From positions 56,007 to 76,006 of the IMG/VR virus record IMGVR_UViG_2721755344_000012: a stretch of DNA of 20,000 bases; one strand, given 5' to 3'. The notes under the pieces were generated by a model. It made no database searches and had not been told where the DNA came from. It saw nothing but the letters and a program-made list of their open reading frames with translations. Below are positions 7,009 to 15,067 of the stretch, in pieces. The position numbers and the translations under genes are program-made. Source of the stretch: an uncultured virus (IMG/VR IMGVR_UViG_2721755344_000012). Taxonomy: Duplodnaviria; Heunggongvirae; Uroviricota; Caudoviricetes. How positions within the stretch are numbered: the first letter of the stretch is position 1; every line of letters starts with the position of its first letter.

Positions 7009-7350
7009 CTAGCTACCAATATAGACCTGGCATCCATTCTGCGGGACTGGCACAAAGTACAGAATGACACCATTAATACGCCAAGTTATGTAGGCGTTAC
7101 GTCCATCCTTGTATAGGAAAACATATCCTGTTGGCATATCTATATTATCAGGTGAAGTCAAAAGCCTAATAGCTATACCATCTAGTGTGCCACCAATATA
7201 GATCACAATAATCTTATAAGCTCCCTGGTTAAAACTGAATACCTGCTGTCCAGCTACAAACTCACCATACAAACTACCAGGAGGAGCAGCTGCCGATATA
7301 TTAGGTAATAGCAACGCCCCTAATAATAACAACACAAGTAATTTTTTCAT
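7009..7350 (-). CDS. Putative secreted protein
   Basis: Sec-type signal peptide MKKLLVLLLLGALLLPNISAA; ATGA coupling. Confidence 0.75.
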   Translation of the reverse strand: MKKLLVLLLLGALLLPNISAAAPPGSLYGEFVAGQQVFSFNQGAYKIIVIYIGGTLDGIAIRLLTSPDNIDMPTGYVFLYKDGRNAYITWRINGVILYFVPVPQNGCQVYIGS

Positions 7351-7706
7351 TGATTCTGCACCCCCAAGTTCTTAGGACCAATAGGCGGTGTAGCATCAAG
7401 ATTGTAAGCATAGTTAGCCGGATCGCTATCCAAGCTCTCATTATTGTTAGTGTCCACAGCAGTCAGCACGAAGGACAATATTCCCGAACTGCCATCGGGA
7501 ACCGTCACTGTAAAGAGATAGAAAGTTGTTGGATGCGGAATAGTACCAATCAAGCTACGGGTTCCATCACTCCTATACAACCTATACTCCTTCATATCTG
7601 GTTCTGTATTAGCTGTCCAAGTTGCCTTAAGGTTTAGTGTCGCCGCTCCTGCTGTACTGGCTATAAACAATAGCCCCAAAATAAAACAGAAAATCCCTTT
7701 TTTCAT
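7347..7706 (-). CDS. Secreted fibronectin type III-like domain protein
   Basis: Start moved to MKKGIF (AAGGAG RBS); signal peptide, then WTANTEPDMKEYRLY...LTAVDTNNNES, an Fn3-type W...Y...TAVDxxxNES pattern. Confidence 0.75.
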   Translation of the reverse strand: MKKGIFCFILGLLFIASTAGAATLNLKATWTANTEPDMKEYRLYRSDGTRSLIGTIPHPTTFYLFTVTVPDGSSGILSFVLTAVDTNNNESLDSDPANYAYNLDATPPIGPKNLGVQNQ

Positions 7707-7731
7707 GCTACTCCTTTCTATTAATACAATT

Positions 7732-7926
7732 CTACCTAACCTGGCATCCCCATACAGGATAATGATAATAGGAATACGGATAGGAATACGGATAAGGTTG
7801 AACCACAACTGGAGGAGGAACTACTACCACCCCTCCGTGCCTATGATGCCGAGCACTTGTTTGGGTTGCTAAACTTGGCAAAATAATTAATGCTGCAAAA
7901 ACCAACAGTATAATAATTTTCTTCAT
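7732..7926 (-). CDS. Small secreted Pro/Tyr-rich protein
   Basis: Signal peptide plus HHRHGGVVVVPPPVVVQPYPYSYPYSYY; 12-bp tandem repeat at 7768-7791; AGGAGG RBS. Confidence 0.75.
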   Translation of the reverse strand: MKKIIILLVFAALIILPSLATQTSARHHRHGGVVVVPPPVVVQPYPYSYPYSYYHYPVWGCQVR

Positions 7927-8078
7927 AACTTTCCTCCTTTTTTAGTTGTTTGTTTTCTGTCATCCACAATCTTAATTCCTCGCTCTTCTGCCATTTTCAC
8001 TACGGCATCCACCATCTGATCTATGCTCATTTCCTTACCAAATACGAATCTGGTCTTCCCCTTCAATTTCTTCTTCAT
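7923..8078 (-). CDS. Small hypothetical protein (51 aa)
   Basis: Read manually: MKKKLKGKTRFVFGKEMSIDQMVDAVVKMAEERGIKIVDDRKQTTKKGGKL; AGGAGG RBS, ATGA overlap. Confidence 0.7.
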   Translation of the reverse strand: MKKKLKGKTRFVFGKEMSIDQMVDAVVKMAEERGIKIVDDRKQTTKKGGKL

Positions 8079-8087
8079 ACTATCCTC

Positions 8088-8240
8088 CTATTTTTTTTCT
8101 TCGTTTCTCAATACTTCCTTTAAATATTTCTTTAAAATTTCTTCATCCTCACAAATCTCGTCTAATGTTCTTGTATCATAAGAGCAACCATTTAACAAGC
8201 TATAATATTCACATTCGCAACATTTACATTCGCAAACCAT
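8088..8240 (-). CDS. Small Cys-rich protein (50 aa)
   Basis: Read manually: MVCECKCCECEYYSLLNGC...; AGGAG RBS. Confidence 0.65.
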   Translation of the reverse strand: MVCECKCCECEYYSLLNGCSYDTRTLDEICEDEEILKKYLKEVLRNEEKK

Positions 8241-8253
8241 TCAGAACTCCTAT

Positions 8254-8742
8254 CTAACCTCCCACACCTATTTCTGTCTTTGCTCGAACATCCCAAATTG
8301 CTTCCTCGCCTGTAGCTTTCGCTATTGACATAGCTCTAGTTTGATCCCTATCATTAAACGAAACATCTAAAAAAATCTTTCCTTCAGCACTTATCCAACC
8401 ACCATAAAATCTTTCATCCTTCTCCCTAACAAACGCCCGCTGTTTTTTAAACCAATTATAAATATCAGACCTACTTGAACCACTTTGAATTATTTCCCCA
8501 TGCCCCTTAATACCAACCATAAAACCAGTTCTGGGAACGTGTTTACCCCAGGGCCTCCAACTAAAACCTTCCTTCTTCTTCTCCAACTTCGTCATTAACT
8601 TCCCAATATCGCCCCTTGTTAGTCGCTGTTGAGTGTAAGCATTTACCATCTTTCCCCGCCTCATATAGCTCCTAATATTCACAGTAGCTTTTTGCAAGGA
8701 ATCCCATTCCTTATCTATTGTAGTAACAAAAAACCTAGTCAT
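8254..8742 (-). CDS. Hypothetical protein, possibly virion-associated; C-terminal GGW...LDVS...AIWD domain
   Basis: Clear ORF with GAGG RBS; N-terminal LQKA-x-V-x-IRSYMRRGKMV segment. Confidence 0.75.
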   Translation of the reverse strand: MTRFFVTTIDKEWDSLQKATVNIRSYMRRGKMVNAYTQQRLTRGDIGKLMTKLEKKKEGFSWRPWGKHVPRTGFMVGIKGHGEIIQSGSSRSDIYNWFKKQRAFVREKDERFYGGWISAEGKIFLDVSFNDRDQTRAMSIAKATGEEAIWDVRAKTEIGVGG

Positions 8743-8743
8743 C

Positions 8744-8866
8744 TTATCCTCTTCCCCTTTTACATATTTTTATTATCCGATAAATTTGTTTCTCAACCCA
8801 ATCTTTTGGACCCGTAACCTCTGCTTCTACATCTCCAATTTTTATTCTTATACTATAAATTTGCAT
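8744..8866 (-). CDS. Small hypothetical protein (40 aa)
   Basis: Read manually: MQIYSIRIKIGDVEAEVTGPKDWVEKQIYRIIKICKRGRG; GAGG RBS. Confidence 0.65.
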   Translation of the reverse strand: MQIYSIRIKIGDVEAEVTGPKDWVEKQIYRIIKICKRGRG

Positions 8867-8876
8867 AGCAACCTCA

Positions 8877-9137
8877 TTACTCTTCCGTAAACGAAGCTTC
8901 CACATCCCACTCTATAACTGGCTTACTACCAACTACAATAATCCGATGCCAATGAGGGTAAGATAACTTTAGCCCGCAACCCATCAACTCTGGTTCTTCG
9001 CACGGTTGACTAACTGCGTTACAAAATATAACCCCTCCTTCCCAACCTGCAATTCCGTCCCTTACAGGTGGACAATGTTCTCTTTTTACAAAGACTCCGC
9101 CAGAGGCAAAATGATCATTCGGTGGTTCGGGTTTCAT
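8877..9137 (-). CDS. Hypothetical protein
   Basis: AAGGAG RBS; fits packing. Confidence 0.7.
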   Translation of the reverse strand: MKPEPPNDHFASGGVFVKREHCPPVRDGIAGWEGGVIFCNAVSQPCEEPELMGCGLKLSYPHWHRIIVVGSKPVIEWDVEASFTEE

Positions 9138-9148
9138 CTTTTTCTCCT

Positions 9149-9577
9149 TTATATTTTAGTTTTAACTTCTAAGCCATCCCAACCAGTAATTCTAGTATTC
9201 TCAGGTTTAGTTATTGACAACCTTTTCAGTATCTTCCCCTCTTTAGAAAGAAGTATAGCCATACCTCTCATCTGAACAACCCGAACCTTGACCCCCTCTC
9301 TGTCATAGCAAAAGCCGGTCATTACCAAAATCCCGGTAATAACAATATTACTATCAGTGGTTTTCATACCTTTGTAAAATTCAAAATTTATAACAAAATG
9401 GTCAAGTGTATATCCCCAGTCTTTTCTGACTCCATCTTCCCAATCATGGATAACTTCACTAGTCTTCGAGATATCTTTATAGTACTTTTGTACAGTATCC
9501 ACATAACTGTCGTACTCACCTGCAAAACAAATAGTAGCTAAAAAAATTGAAAGTATGATCAAACTCTTTCTTAACAT
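9149..9577 (-). CDS. Putative secreted protein
   Basis: Signal peptide MLRKSLIILSIFLATICFA; AAGGAG RBS. Confidence 0.75.
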   Translation of the reverse strand: MLRKSLIILSIFLATICFAGEYDSYVDTVQKYYKDISKTSEVIHDWEDGVRKDWGYTLDHFVINFEFYKGMKTTDSNIVITGILVMTGFCYDREGVKVRVVQMRGMAILLSKEGKILKRLSITKPENTRITGWDGLEVKTKI

Positions 9578-9751
9578 CTAGTCTCCTTCTGAGAAATCCA
9601 TGTCTAAAATTGCCTTGCAATGGCAACAAACTTTTTTCCATTTACCATTTTCCCACGCTGTGCCTAACTCTATTCGATAAACGCTATGGTCACAAGCTGT
9701 TCCCGATACCCTATTTGCGGGTGGATTTATGTAATAAATAAATTTAGTCAT
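9578..9751 (-). CDS. Small Cys/His protein (57 aa)
   Basis: Read manually: MTKFIYYINPPANRVSGTACDH...VCCHCKAILDMDFSEGD; AAGGAG RBS. Confidence 0.65.
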   Translation of the reverse strand: MTKFIYYINPPANRVSGTACDHSVYRIELGTAWENGKWKKVCCHCKAILDMDFSEGD

Positions 9752-10169
9752 TACTCCTTTTCTCCTCTGAGACTATCGTCCACTTAATACTCTGATTATC
9801 AATATTGGCTGGAGCATAGTCTGTTCTCCACCAATTAGCCTCATTAAACTTTAATAACCTCCCTATCCTATCCGTTAATTTAGGATCGGTAGTCCTCTTT
9901 ACTATTCCGTAATACGAAAAACTATCATGTCTAGAGTTCTCGCAATCTATTATTGCAACCAGATGAAAATGAGTCTTGTCCCATCCGCTACTCAATACTA
10001 CCTCATCCCCAATTTTAAACTTAGGGAATTTCACTTTTTTATCTTTGCGGGCTTTCTTATATCTCATTTCTTCTTCGAGTTTAGCTTTCTTGCGAACATC
10101 TCTAAACTTATCATACTCCCAATCCTTTTTGATTCCTAAAGTTTTATCTGTTTTAGGTGCTGTTTGCAT
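9744..10169 (-). CDS. Hypothetical protein with an SH3-like PKFKIGDEV segment
   Basis: AAGGAG RBS; KFKIGD motif common in small phage beta-barrel proteins. Confidence 0.75.
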   Translation of the reverse strand: MQTAPKTDKTLGIKKDWEYDKFRDVRKKAKLEEEMRYKKARKDKKVKFPKFKIGDEVVLSSGWDKTHFHLVAIIDCENSRHDSFSYYGIVKRTTDPKLTDRIGRLLKFNEANWWRTDYAPANIDNQSIKWTIVSEEKRSND

Positions 10170-10486
10170 TTTCTCTCCTTACGGACAATAGGCTTTTCTT
10201 CACTTTCACTATTATCATAAAAACTATTAACAGCAATAATGTTGGGAATACTAACTGCATTTCTCGAATTAAGTATATCGTGCAAGTCCAGCTCTCCGCC
10301 CCATTTATCTCTTATACTATTAAACACTCTCGCAAGTTTTCCCTTCAAAATAACTACGACCCCTTCGTAACCTACATACACTCCATCGGGAATATCTACG
10401 TTATCCCCAACTCTGAAAGATTTCAACTCGCAATTCCCCAACTTCAACTGAACGCATTCTCTTCCGTAACAATTATAGACTCCCAT
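10136..10486 (-). CDS. Hypothetical protein
   Basis: MGVYN...VQLK...F.VGD.V.IPDGVY pattern; TAATG coupling. Confidence 0.75.
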   Translation of the reverse strand: MGVYNCYGRECVQLKLGNCELKSFRVGDNVDIPDGVYVGYEGVVVILKGKLARVFNSIRDKWGGELDLHDILNSRNAVSIPNIIAVNSFYDNSESEEKPIVRKERKCKQHLKQIKL

Positions 10487-11028
10487 TATTTTACCTTTAT
10501 CCTCTCTGCTGTAACTGAACTCCTAATAGACTCCTTTTGCTTCACTTCAACTATTCCGGATAGGTAATCCTTCTTAGACACTTCTGGAAATCCTCTCTTC
10601 TTTGCTACCCAATAACTCAGACCTGAGTATCCGTAAGTCTGGAACAATCTTACTACTTCTGGAATATCTTTCTTATTTACCGGCTCGCAATCAGCTCCAT
10701 AATAGAAAGTATCATTCATATTCAACATAAACGTACCTTTGTGAATCCATCCTGCCCCCGAGGATAATAGAAAAATAAAATCATCGCTCACCATAGTCTT
10801 ATCTATCCGAGCAATGAGTTTGGCTAGCTTCATTACAGCGTCATTCCAACCGTCCTGACGTGGCGTTCTTTTAGTTTCTTTACCTTTACAGTCGATAGTA
10901 GCTTTCGGATAAATTCCTAAACTATACGAAACTTCCTTGATAAACAATAGACCTAACTTCTTCCCAACACTTTTGTTGTTGCACATTTTGCATATTATAC
11001 TCTCGTCTTTTTTCATACATACCCCCAC
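10486..11028 (-). CDS. Hypothetical protein
   Basis: 180-aa ORF with QDGWND and MNDTFYYGADCE motifs; exact start uncertain. Confidence 0.75.
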   Translation of the reverse strand: MGVCMKKDESIICKMCNNKSVGKKLGLLFIKEVSYSLGIYPKATIDCKGKETKRTPRQDGWNDAVMKLAKLIARIDKTMVSDDFIFLLSSGAGWIHKGTFMLNMNDTFYYGADCEPVNKKDIPEVVRLFQTYGYSGLSYWVAKKRGFPEVSKKDYLSGIVEVKQKESIRSSVTAERIKVK

Positions 11029-11049
11029 TAAATTATATAAACTCGCACT

Positions 11050-11136
11050 TTACGAATCTCGCAATAGCCACAAAGTAATATTCATACCTATGATAATTCC
11101 AGCACAAAATATAATAAAAGCAACAATAACTTCCAT
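11050..11136 (-). CDS. Single-TM peptide (28 aa)
   Basis: Read manually: MEVIVAFIIFCAGIIIGMNITLWLLRDS; fills the gap. Confidence 0.5.
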   Translation of the reverse strand: MEVIVAFIIFCAGIIIGMNITLWLLRDS

Positions 11137-11138
11137 TC

Positions 11139-11438
11139 TCAACCTGCATTGAAACTTGCACAAATAATTTGACCAATCTTTATGTGATCTTCTGCAGTTC
11201 CAATTAGTTCAACTTTAACATCTTTTATATTATTTACCCAACAATCATTATGTTTTTCTTTCTCTTCGTGGTCTGCACATTGAAACCACCACGCTCCATC
11301 GTGCCATAAACGAAATCCAGATGGATCAATCTTTACAGCCTCTTTTTCTGACTCTGCGCAAACGACAGCTCCCGAGTATGTATCATAGTCGCTAGCCTCT
11401 TGCGAAATTTTATATAGCATTTTCTTTACTTTTTTCAT
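11139..11438 (-). CDS. Conserved phage hypothetical protein
   Basis: YDTYxxAVVxAESExEA...IGTA...ICASFNAG pattern. Confidence 0.8.
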   Translation of the reverse strand: MKKVKKMLYKISQEASDYDTYSGAVVCAESEKEAVKIDPSGFRLWHDGAWWFQCADHEEKEKHNDCWVNNIKDVKVELIGTAEDHIKIGQIICASFNAG

Positions 11439-11447
11439 TCTTCTTAT

Positions 11448-11564
11448 TTAATACAGTACGACCCAATCGTATTTAGTATCATTGCCACAATGAGGACACC
11501 AACGGAAATCCTTATCTATCTTCTGACCACACAATCCACATACTTTATTTTGCTTTTTCTTCAT
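11448..11564 (-). CDS. Zinc-ribbon peptide (38 aa)
   Basis: Read manually: MKKKQNKVCGLCGQKIDKDFRWCPHCGNDTKYDWVVLY; GAGG RBS. Confidence 0.65.
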   Translation of the reverse strand: MKKKQNKVCGLCGQKIDKDFRWCPHCGNDTKYDWVVLY

Positions 11565-11766
11565 TTTGATCCTCTATGAACTTCTCATTTAATTTATCTA
11601 TGACTTTCTGTAATTCATAAGAATCACCGTAAAGCCAAACATTACCAATATCTTTCTTGTCCCACAAAATTTTTACTGCTGTCCCATATTGGTTAACTCC
11701 TCTTATTTGAAATGAGTGATCAAACACTATTTTAATCATTTTCTGCCCTTCCTCGGAAATAGTCAT
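11545..11766 (-). CDS. Hypothetical protein
   Basis: TAATG coupling; fits packing. Confidence 0.7.
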   Translation of the reverse strand: MTISEEGQKMIKIVFDHSFQIRGVNQYGTAVKILWDKKDIGNVWLYGDSYELQKVIDKLNEKFIEDQNEEKAK

Positions 11767-12236
11767 TATTCCCTACTCATAAATAAATTAACAGCCTTAT
11801 CAAACATATTCTTATCTACAAAGAATAAAAATCCGTTGTCGAGCTCTAGCCATCCCTTAATTTTATCATACTCCATCAAAGCTGGCTCTCTCAATCTTAA
11901 TTTATTTCTTGCTATTTGATTTATCCTTCGCTTTACATCCTCTTCATCTTCTTCTCCGCAAATATAATAAACTTGCTTGCCATTAAATACTGAATACTGA
12001 ATATTCATCTCGCCTGCAATTAAATATGGATTCTTGGAAATTTGCTCCAATGCTTCGGGAACAGCTCCCCACTCAAACTCCGCACTACCCATATAGTCAA
12101 AGCTCCAAATTTTTACTAGCTTCTGCATTAGCTCCTCGACTATACCGCCGTTCGGTAATCCTCCACCAAAACTAAACGGATTAGCGGTTTCTAAAGGAGA
12201 TATAAGTCTTTGAAGTAGATAAGTTTTTTCCATCAT
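11766..12236 (-). CDS. Conserved phage hypothetical protein
   Basis: FDYMGSAEFEWGA motif; AGGAGG RBS. Confidence 0.8.
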   Translation of the reverse strand: MMEKTYLLQRLISPLETANPFSFGGGLPNGGIVEELMQKLVKIWSFDYMGSAEFEWGAVPEALEQISKNPYLIAGEMNIQYSVFNGKQVYYICGEEDEEDVKRRINQIARNKLRLREPALMEYDKIKGWLELDNGFLFFVDKNMFDKAVNLFMSRE

Positions 12237-12268
12237 AATTTTTCCTCCTAAAAAATTTGTTATCTCTT

Positions 12269-12448
12269 TTATTCGTCATTTAGCCTAATCATTCTAAAAT
12301 GCCGTTTTTTTTCGATTCTTTTAGAAAATCTTTCCAATTCTTCTAAATTATTTTTTAGAGAATATGGGGAAAAGTTTTTTGTAAGAAGTACTGACTCTAA
12401 ACAAATTACGCAACGACAATTTTGATGGCTTGGAATACAATCATCCAT
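12269..12448 (-). CDS. Small protein (59 aa) with PSHQNCRC motif and RMIRL tail
   Basis: Read manually: MDDCIPSHQNCRCVICLESVLL...EKKRHFRMIRLNDE. Confidence 0.65.
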   Translation of the reverse strand: MDDCIPSHQNCRCVICLESVLLTKNFSPYSLKNNLEELERFSKRIEKKRHFRMIRLNDE

Positions 12449-12458
12449 TATCTCAATC

Positions 12459-12665
12459 CTATTGATTCATTGGTTTAGGGTATCTGTGAGAGAAATTTTC
12501 TCCCAATACCCAATATAACGCCCACAATCTTTGCTCTGCTTCTACTTGCAATAATGCCCTCGGCGCATTTGTCCAAATATCTGCACAACCACCTTCGTAG
12601 AGGACATGGTGATAATTATCTTTAAGCTCATCTATTTTTCCCCTAATTTCTTTTTCTGTTTTCAT
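12459..12665 (-). CDS. Hypothetical protein
   Basis: MKTEKEI...NAPRAL...ALYWVLGE; GGAGG RBS. Confidence 0.75.
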   Translation of the reverse strand: MKTEKEIRGKIDELKDNYHHVLYEGGCADIWTNAPRALLQVEAEQRLWALYWVLGENFSHRYPKPMNQ

Positions 12666-12745
12666 ATTTCCTCCAATCTACAACCAGTTAGTTTCTCTGA
12701 CAAGGAACATAAACAAGGTGCCATCTTGCAAACAGCACAACTCAT
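12662..12745 (-). CDS. Cys-rich peptide (27 aa)
   Basis: Read manually: MSCAVCKMAPCLCSLSEKLTGCRLEEI; GGAGG RBS, ATGA overlap. Confidence 0.5.
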   Translation of the reverse strand: MSCAVCKMAPCLCSLSEKLTGCRLEEI

Positions 12746-12746
12746 T

Positions 12747-12908
12747 TTAACCTCCTCTTCTTGTTTCCTCTTCACGGATTCCCAACAATATACCCACACT
12801 AATAGAATTCAGTACGAGAAAAACCCACCATCTCCAATCGGACATCCCCGTCTGATAAAGAACACTTAGTAAAGTTGCTACGAAGCAGCCATATGCCAAA
12901 TTTTTCAT
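12747..12908 (-). CDS. Small two-TM membrane protein (53 aa)
   Basis: Read manually: MKNLAYGCFVATLLSVLYQTGMSDWRWWVFLVLNSISVGILLGIREEETRRGG; ATGA overlap. Confidence 0.65.
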   Translation of the reverse strand: MKNLAYGCFVATLLSVLYQTGMSDWRWWVFLVLNSISVGILLGIREEETRRGG

Positions 12909-13573
12909 AGTCTTATTAACCTCTTTCTCACTCTTAAATTTTCTATCGTCTCATCTTTATAAAACGAAGGAAGTCCACAATTATATAATTTGTTAAATTT
13001 CTCACAATGCCATAAATCGTAAAATTCTTTGCTCCACTTTCCTAACCATGATATGTATTTGCCTACTCTAAAAACATTGCCAGCAAATTTAGTATTACCT
13101 CCAAATTCAGCATAAATCCATCTCATCCCGTCCCAAATCCTAAATCTAGGTTTAAATCCATTTTTAGGAAATGCACGCAAAAAGAAATCATTTCTTTTTT
13201 CAGTACACTTTACATATCTTGGATCCACTCCAGGTATTGTTTCCATTATCGAAATACATTGAGATCCAGTTCCAACAAACTCACTCAATACCCAAAAACG
13301 AAAAGGAGAGCTTTCTATAATCATATATCCCATATTCCTAAAAGAAAGCTCTGTGGTAGTCTGAAGCATGTCCTCCGTACTATCGCAATCCAGTCCTAAA
13401 AGAAAATAGGGTTCATTTCGCCTTGCAAAAATAAAAGTAGAAACAAATCCTCTATAGGTTGCTCCAGTACTTTCGTCTAAAAATTGAGTAATATCTACCT
13501 CAAAACGACGGGCGTCTTCACCGTATTCCTTGACTTGAGATTCAGGACTAATTGGTTCTAAATAATATCTCAT
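12905..13573 (-). CDS. Hypothetical protein (LGLDCD motif; function unknown)
   Basis: 222-aa ORF; ends RKRLIRL. Confidence 0.8.
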   Translation of the reverse strand: MRYYLEPISPESQVKEYGEDARRFEVDITQFLDESTGATYRGFVSTFIFARRNEPYFLLGLDCDSTEDMLQTTTELSFRNMGYMIIESSPFRFWVLSEFVGTGSQCISIMETIPGVDPRYVKCTEKRNDFFLRAFPKNGFKPRFRIWDGMRWIYAEFGGNTKFAGNVFRVGKYISWLGKWSKEFYDLWHCEKFNKLYNCGLPSFYKDETIENLRVRKRLIRL

Positions 13574-13574
13574 C

Positions 13575-13796
13575 TCACATTTTTAAATTTTCTGGTTTTC
13601 TTTGATCTCGAGACGGAATGCACTTTCCGCAAAAAGCATCACAAACGTCATCCCCTCTATACCAGCTATACTGAGTTTTCTTTACAAATACTGAGTCATC
13701 CCCACCAAAAAGCTTTCCGCAAATAACACAAGTTTTATGATCTGGAACTTGCTCTCTTTTAAATTTTCTCCAAACCACTCGGGGATATTTTTTCAT
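13575..13796 (-). CDS. Zinc-finger protein
   Basis: CVICG...RGDD...CGKC. Confidence 0.75.
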   Translation of the reverse strand: MKKYPRVVWRKFKREQVPDHKTCVICGKLFGGDDSVFVKKTQYSWYRGDDVCDAFCGKCIPSRDQRKPENLKM

Positions 13797-13799
13797 GGT

Positions 13800-13955
13800 T
13801 TAGACTTTCTCTTCCTTAACATAACCGCAATGACGGCAAACGTATTCCTTACCTTTCGTCTTTGTTTTCCACCTTGGCATTATTTTTTTATCCCCAAACA
13901 TGTTCCTAATAACAGATTTACATTTTGGACAAATTGGTTTTTCTTTTTTTCTCAT
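13800..13955 (-). CDS. Zinc-ribbon protein (51 aa)
   Basis: Read manually: MRKKEKPICPKCKS...EYVCRHCGYVKEEKV. Confidence 0.7.
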   Translation of the reverse strand: MRKKEKPICPKCKSVIRNMFGDKKIMPRWKTKTKGKEYVCRHCGYVKEEKV

Positions 13956-14004
13956 TTTTTTACCTTCCTACTCTTCTGTCCCTTGTGGTTTTTTTACTCC
14001 GCTG

Positions 14005-14190
14005 TCACTCCAAACGTAAATAACATTTAGAACAATAACCATCAGATAAACAACCACTGCTATTTATAAAAGATTTTGATTTGCTTATCTGCCCGCATAA
14101 AGGACATTTAAATTCTAGAAAACCTGATCCCGCTTTATCTTCGCTTCCTTGAGTATTCCACTTATAGACTTGCTGAGTTATACCGCTCAT
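14005..14190 (-). CDS. Zinc-ribbon protein
   Basis: CPLCG...CSKC; GGAGG RBS. Confidence 0.75.
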   Translation of the reverse strand: MSGITQQVYKWNTQGSEDKAGSGFLEFKCPLCGQISKSKSFINSSGCLSDGYCSKCYLRLE

Positions 14191-14200
14191 CTTTTCCTCC

Positions 14201-14425
14201 TTATTTTACCTGTTTGTGAGTCCATCTATCCCATCTTGTCTTACAGTCAGGGCATTCCCAATAAGACACACCATCATACCCACCTTGAATCTCAATTCCT
14301 ATCAACCTCGAATAGTGAGTAGCTCCGCTTGGATAGTGTTCCTTGTATTCTTTTGGTATTTTCTTGCCTCTCCAATCTACTTTGCAGACCGGACAATGTC
14401 TTTTATCGGAAATGGTTTCTTTCAT
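14201..14425 (-). CDS. Conserved phage zinc-ribbon protein
   Basis: CPVC...YSRLIGIE...YDGVSYWECPDC. Confidence 0.8.
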   Translation of the reverse strand: MKETISDKRHCPVCKVDWRGKKIPKEYKEHYPSGATHYSRLIGIEIQGGYDGVSYWECPDCKTRWDRWTHKQVK

Positions 14426-14426
14426 T

Positions 14427-14693
14427 CTAATCCCCCAAACTATTAAAGAACAAATCCAGTTTTCTATCCTCGAGTTCTGTTTCCAACTCTATTAGTTTCC
14501 TTTTCAACTCTGCATTTTCCGATTCCAACTCCTTAATCCGTGCCTCCAACCTGTCACACTCGGAGAGGAGAAATTCTATTGCGGGAAGCAGTCGAGATGG
14601 ACTACCACCAATTTTAGTATGAACGTGATCCAACACTTTACCTATCTCCAACATTTTCTCAATCTCTCCCCTATCCATTTTCTCCTCCTCCAT
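14427..14693 (-). CDS. Coiled-coil hypothetical protein
   Basis: Heptad-like LEARIKELESENAELKRKLIELE; true start probably MDRGE after GGAGGAG. Confidence 0.75.
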   Translation of the reverse strand: MEEEKMDRGEIEKMLEIGKVLDHVHTKIGGSPSRLLPAIEFLLSECDRLEARIKELESENAELKRKLIELETELEDRKLDLFFNSLGD

Positions 14694-14718
14694 TTGTGTA
14701 GAAGAATTTTCACGCCTT

Positions 14719-15018
14719 TCATAATAACATCAGATGGTAACAAGTTAGTAATATATAAACACTCAAAACAATCATTGTAGCTACCCTCACGGACCTAAAT
14801 CTCTTCCAATAAAAAGCGACCAGTATTCCACCAATCAATCCTATAAAAATTTTAGGAACTGTCCACCAACCCCCTATTTCTTCCATGAGAAAGCGCATAA
14901 GGGGGTTCATTTCGCTACCATACCCTCCTAGATCTACCCAATGCTGAGTAAATAAACAATCAATAAGGTTTAGTACGAATAAAAGCAACCCTAAAATAAG
15001 TCCTATATGTTTCTTCAT
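14719..15018 (-). CDS. DUF5658-like membrane protein
   Basis: LNxxDxxxT...GxxEMNPLM...K in TM2, recalled as the DUF5658 signature. Confidence 0.75.
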   Translation of the reverse strand: MKKHIGLILGLLLFVLNLIDCLFTQHWVDLGGYGSEMNPLMRFLMEEIGGWWTVPKIFIGLIGGILVAFYWKRFRSVRVATMIVLSVYILLTCYHLMLL

Positions 15019-15038
15019 AATTCTCCATCCTTACTACT

Positions 15039-15067
15039 ACTATAACATATTCTTAAATAAAAGTCAA
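15039..15067 (-). promoter_or_regulatory. Sigma70-type promoter with extended -10
   Basis: TTGACT (15067-15062), 17-nt spacer ending TGT, TATAGT (15044-15039), 20 nt upstream of the ATG at 15018. Confidence 0.7.

Noticed and set aside
7707..7808. N-terminal extension of ORF 7347..7808
   Set aside because: It is an alternate-frame reading of the Pro/Tyr-rich gene; the RBS and signal peptide start at 7706.
13800..13955. Suspected frameshifted zinc-ribbon gene at A-tracts
   Set aside because: Careful counting shows one continuous 51-aa ORF.
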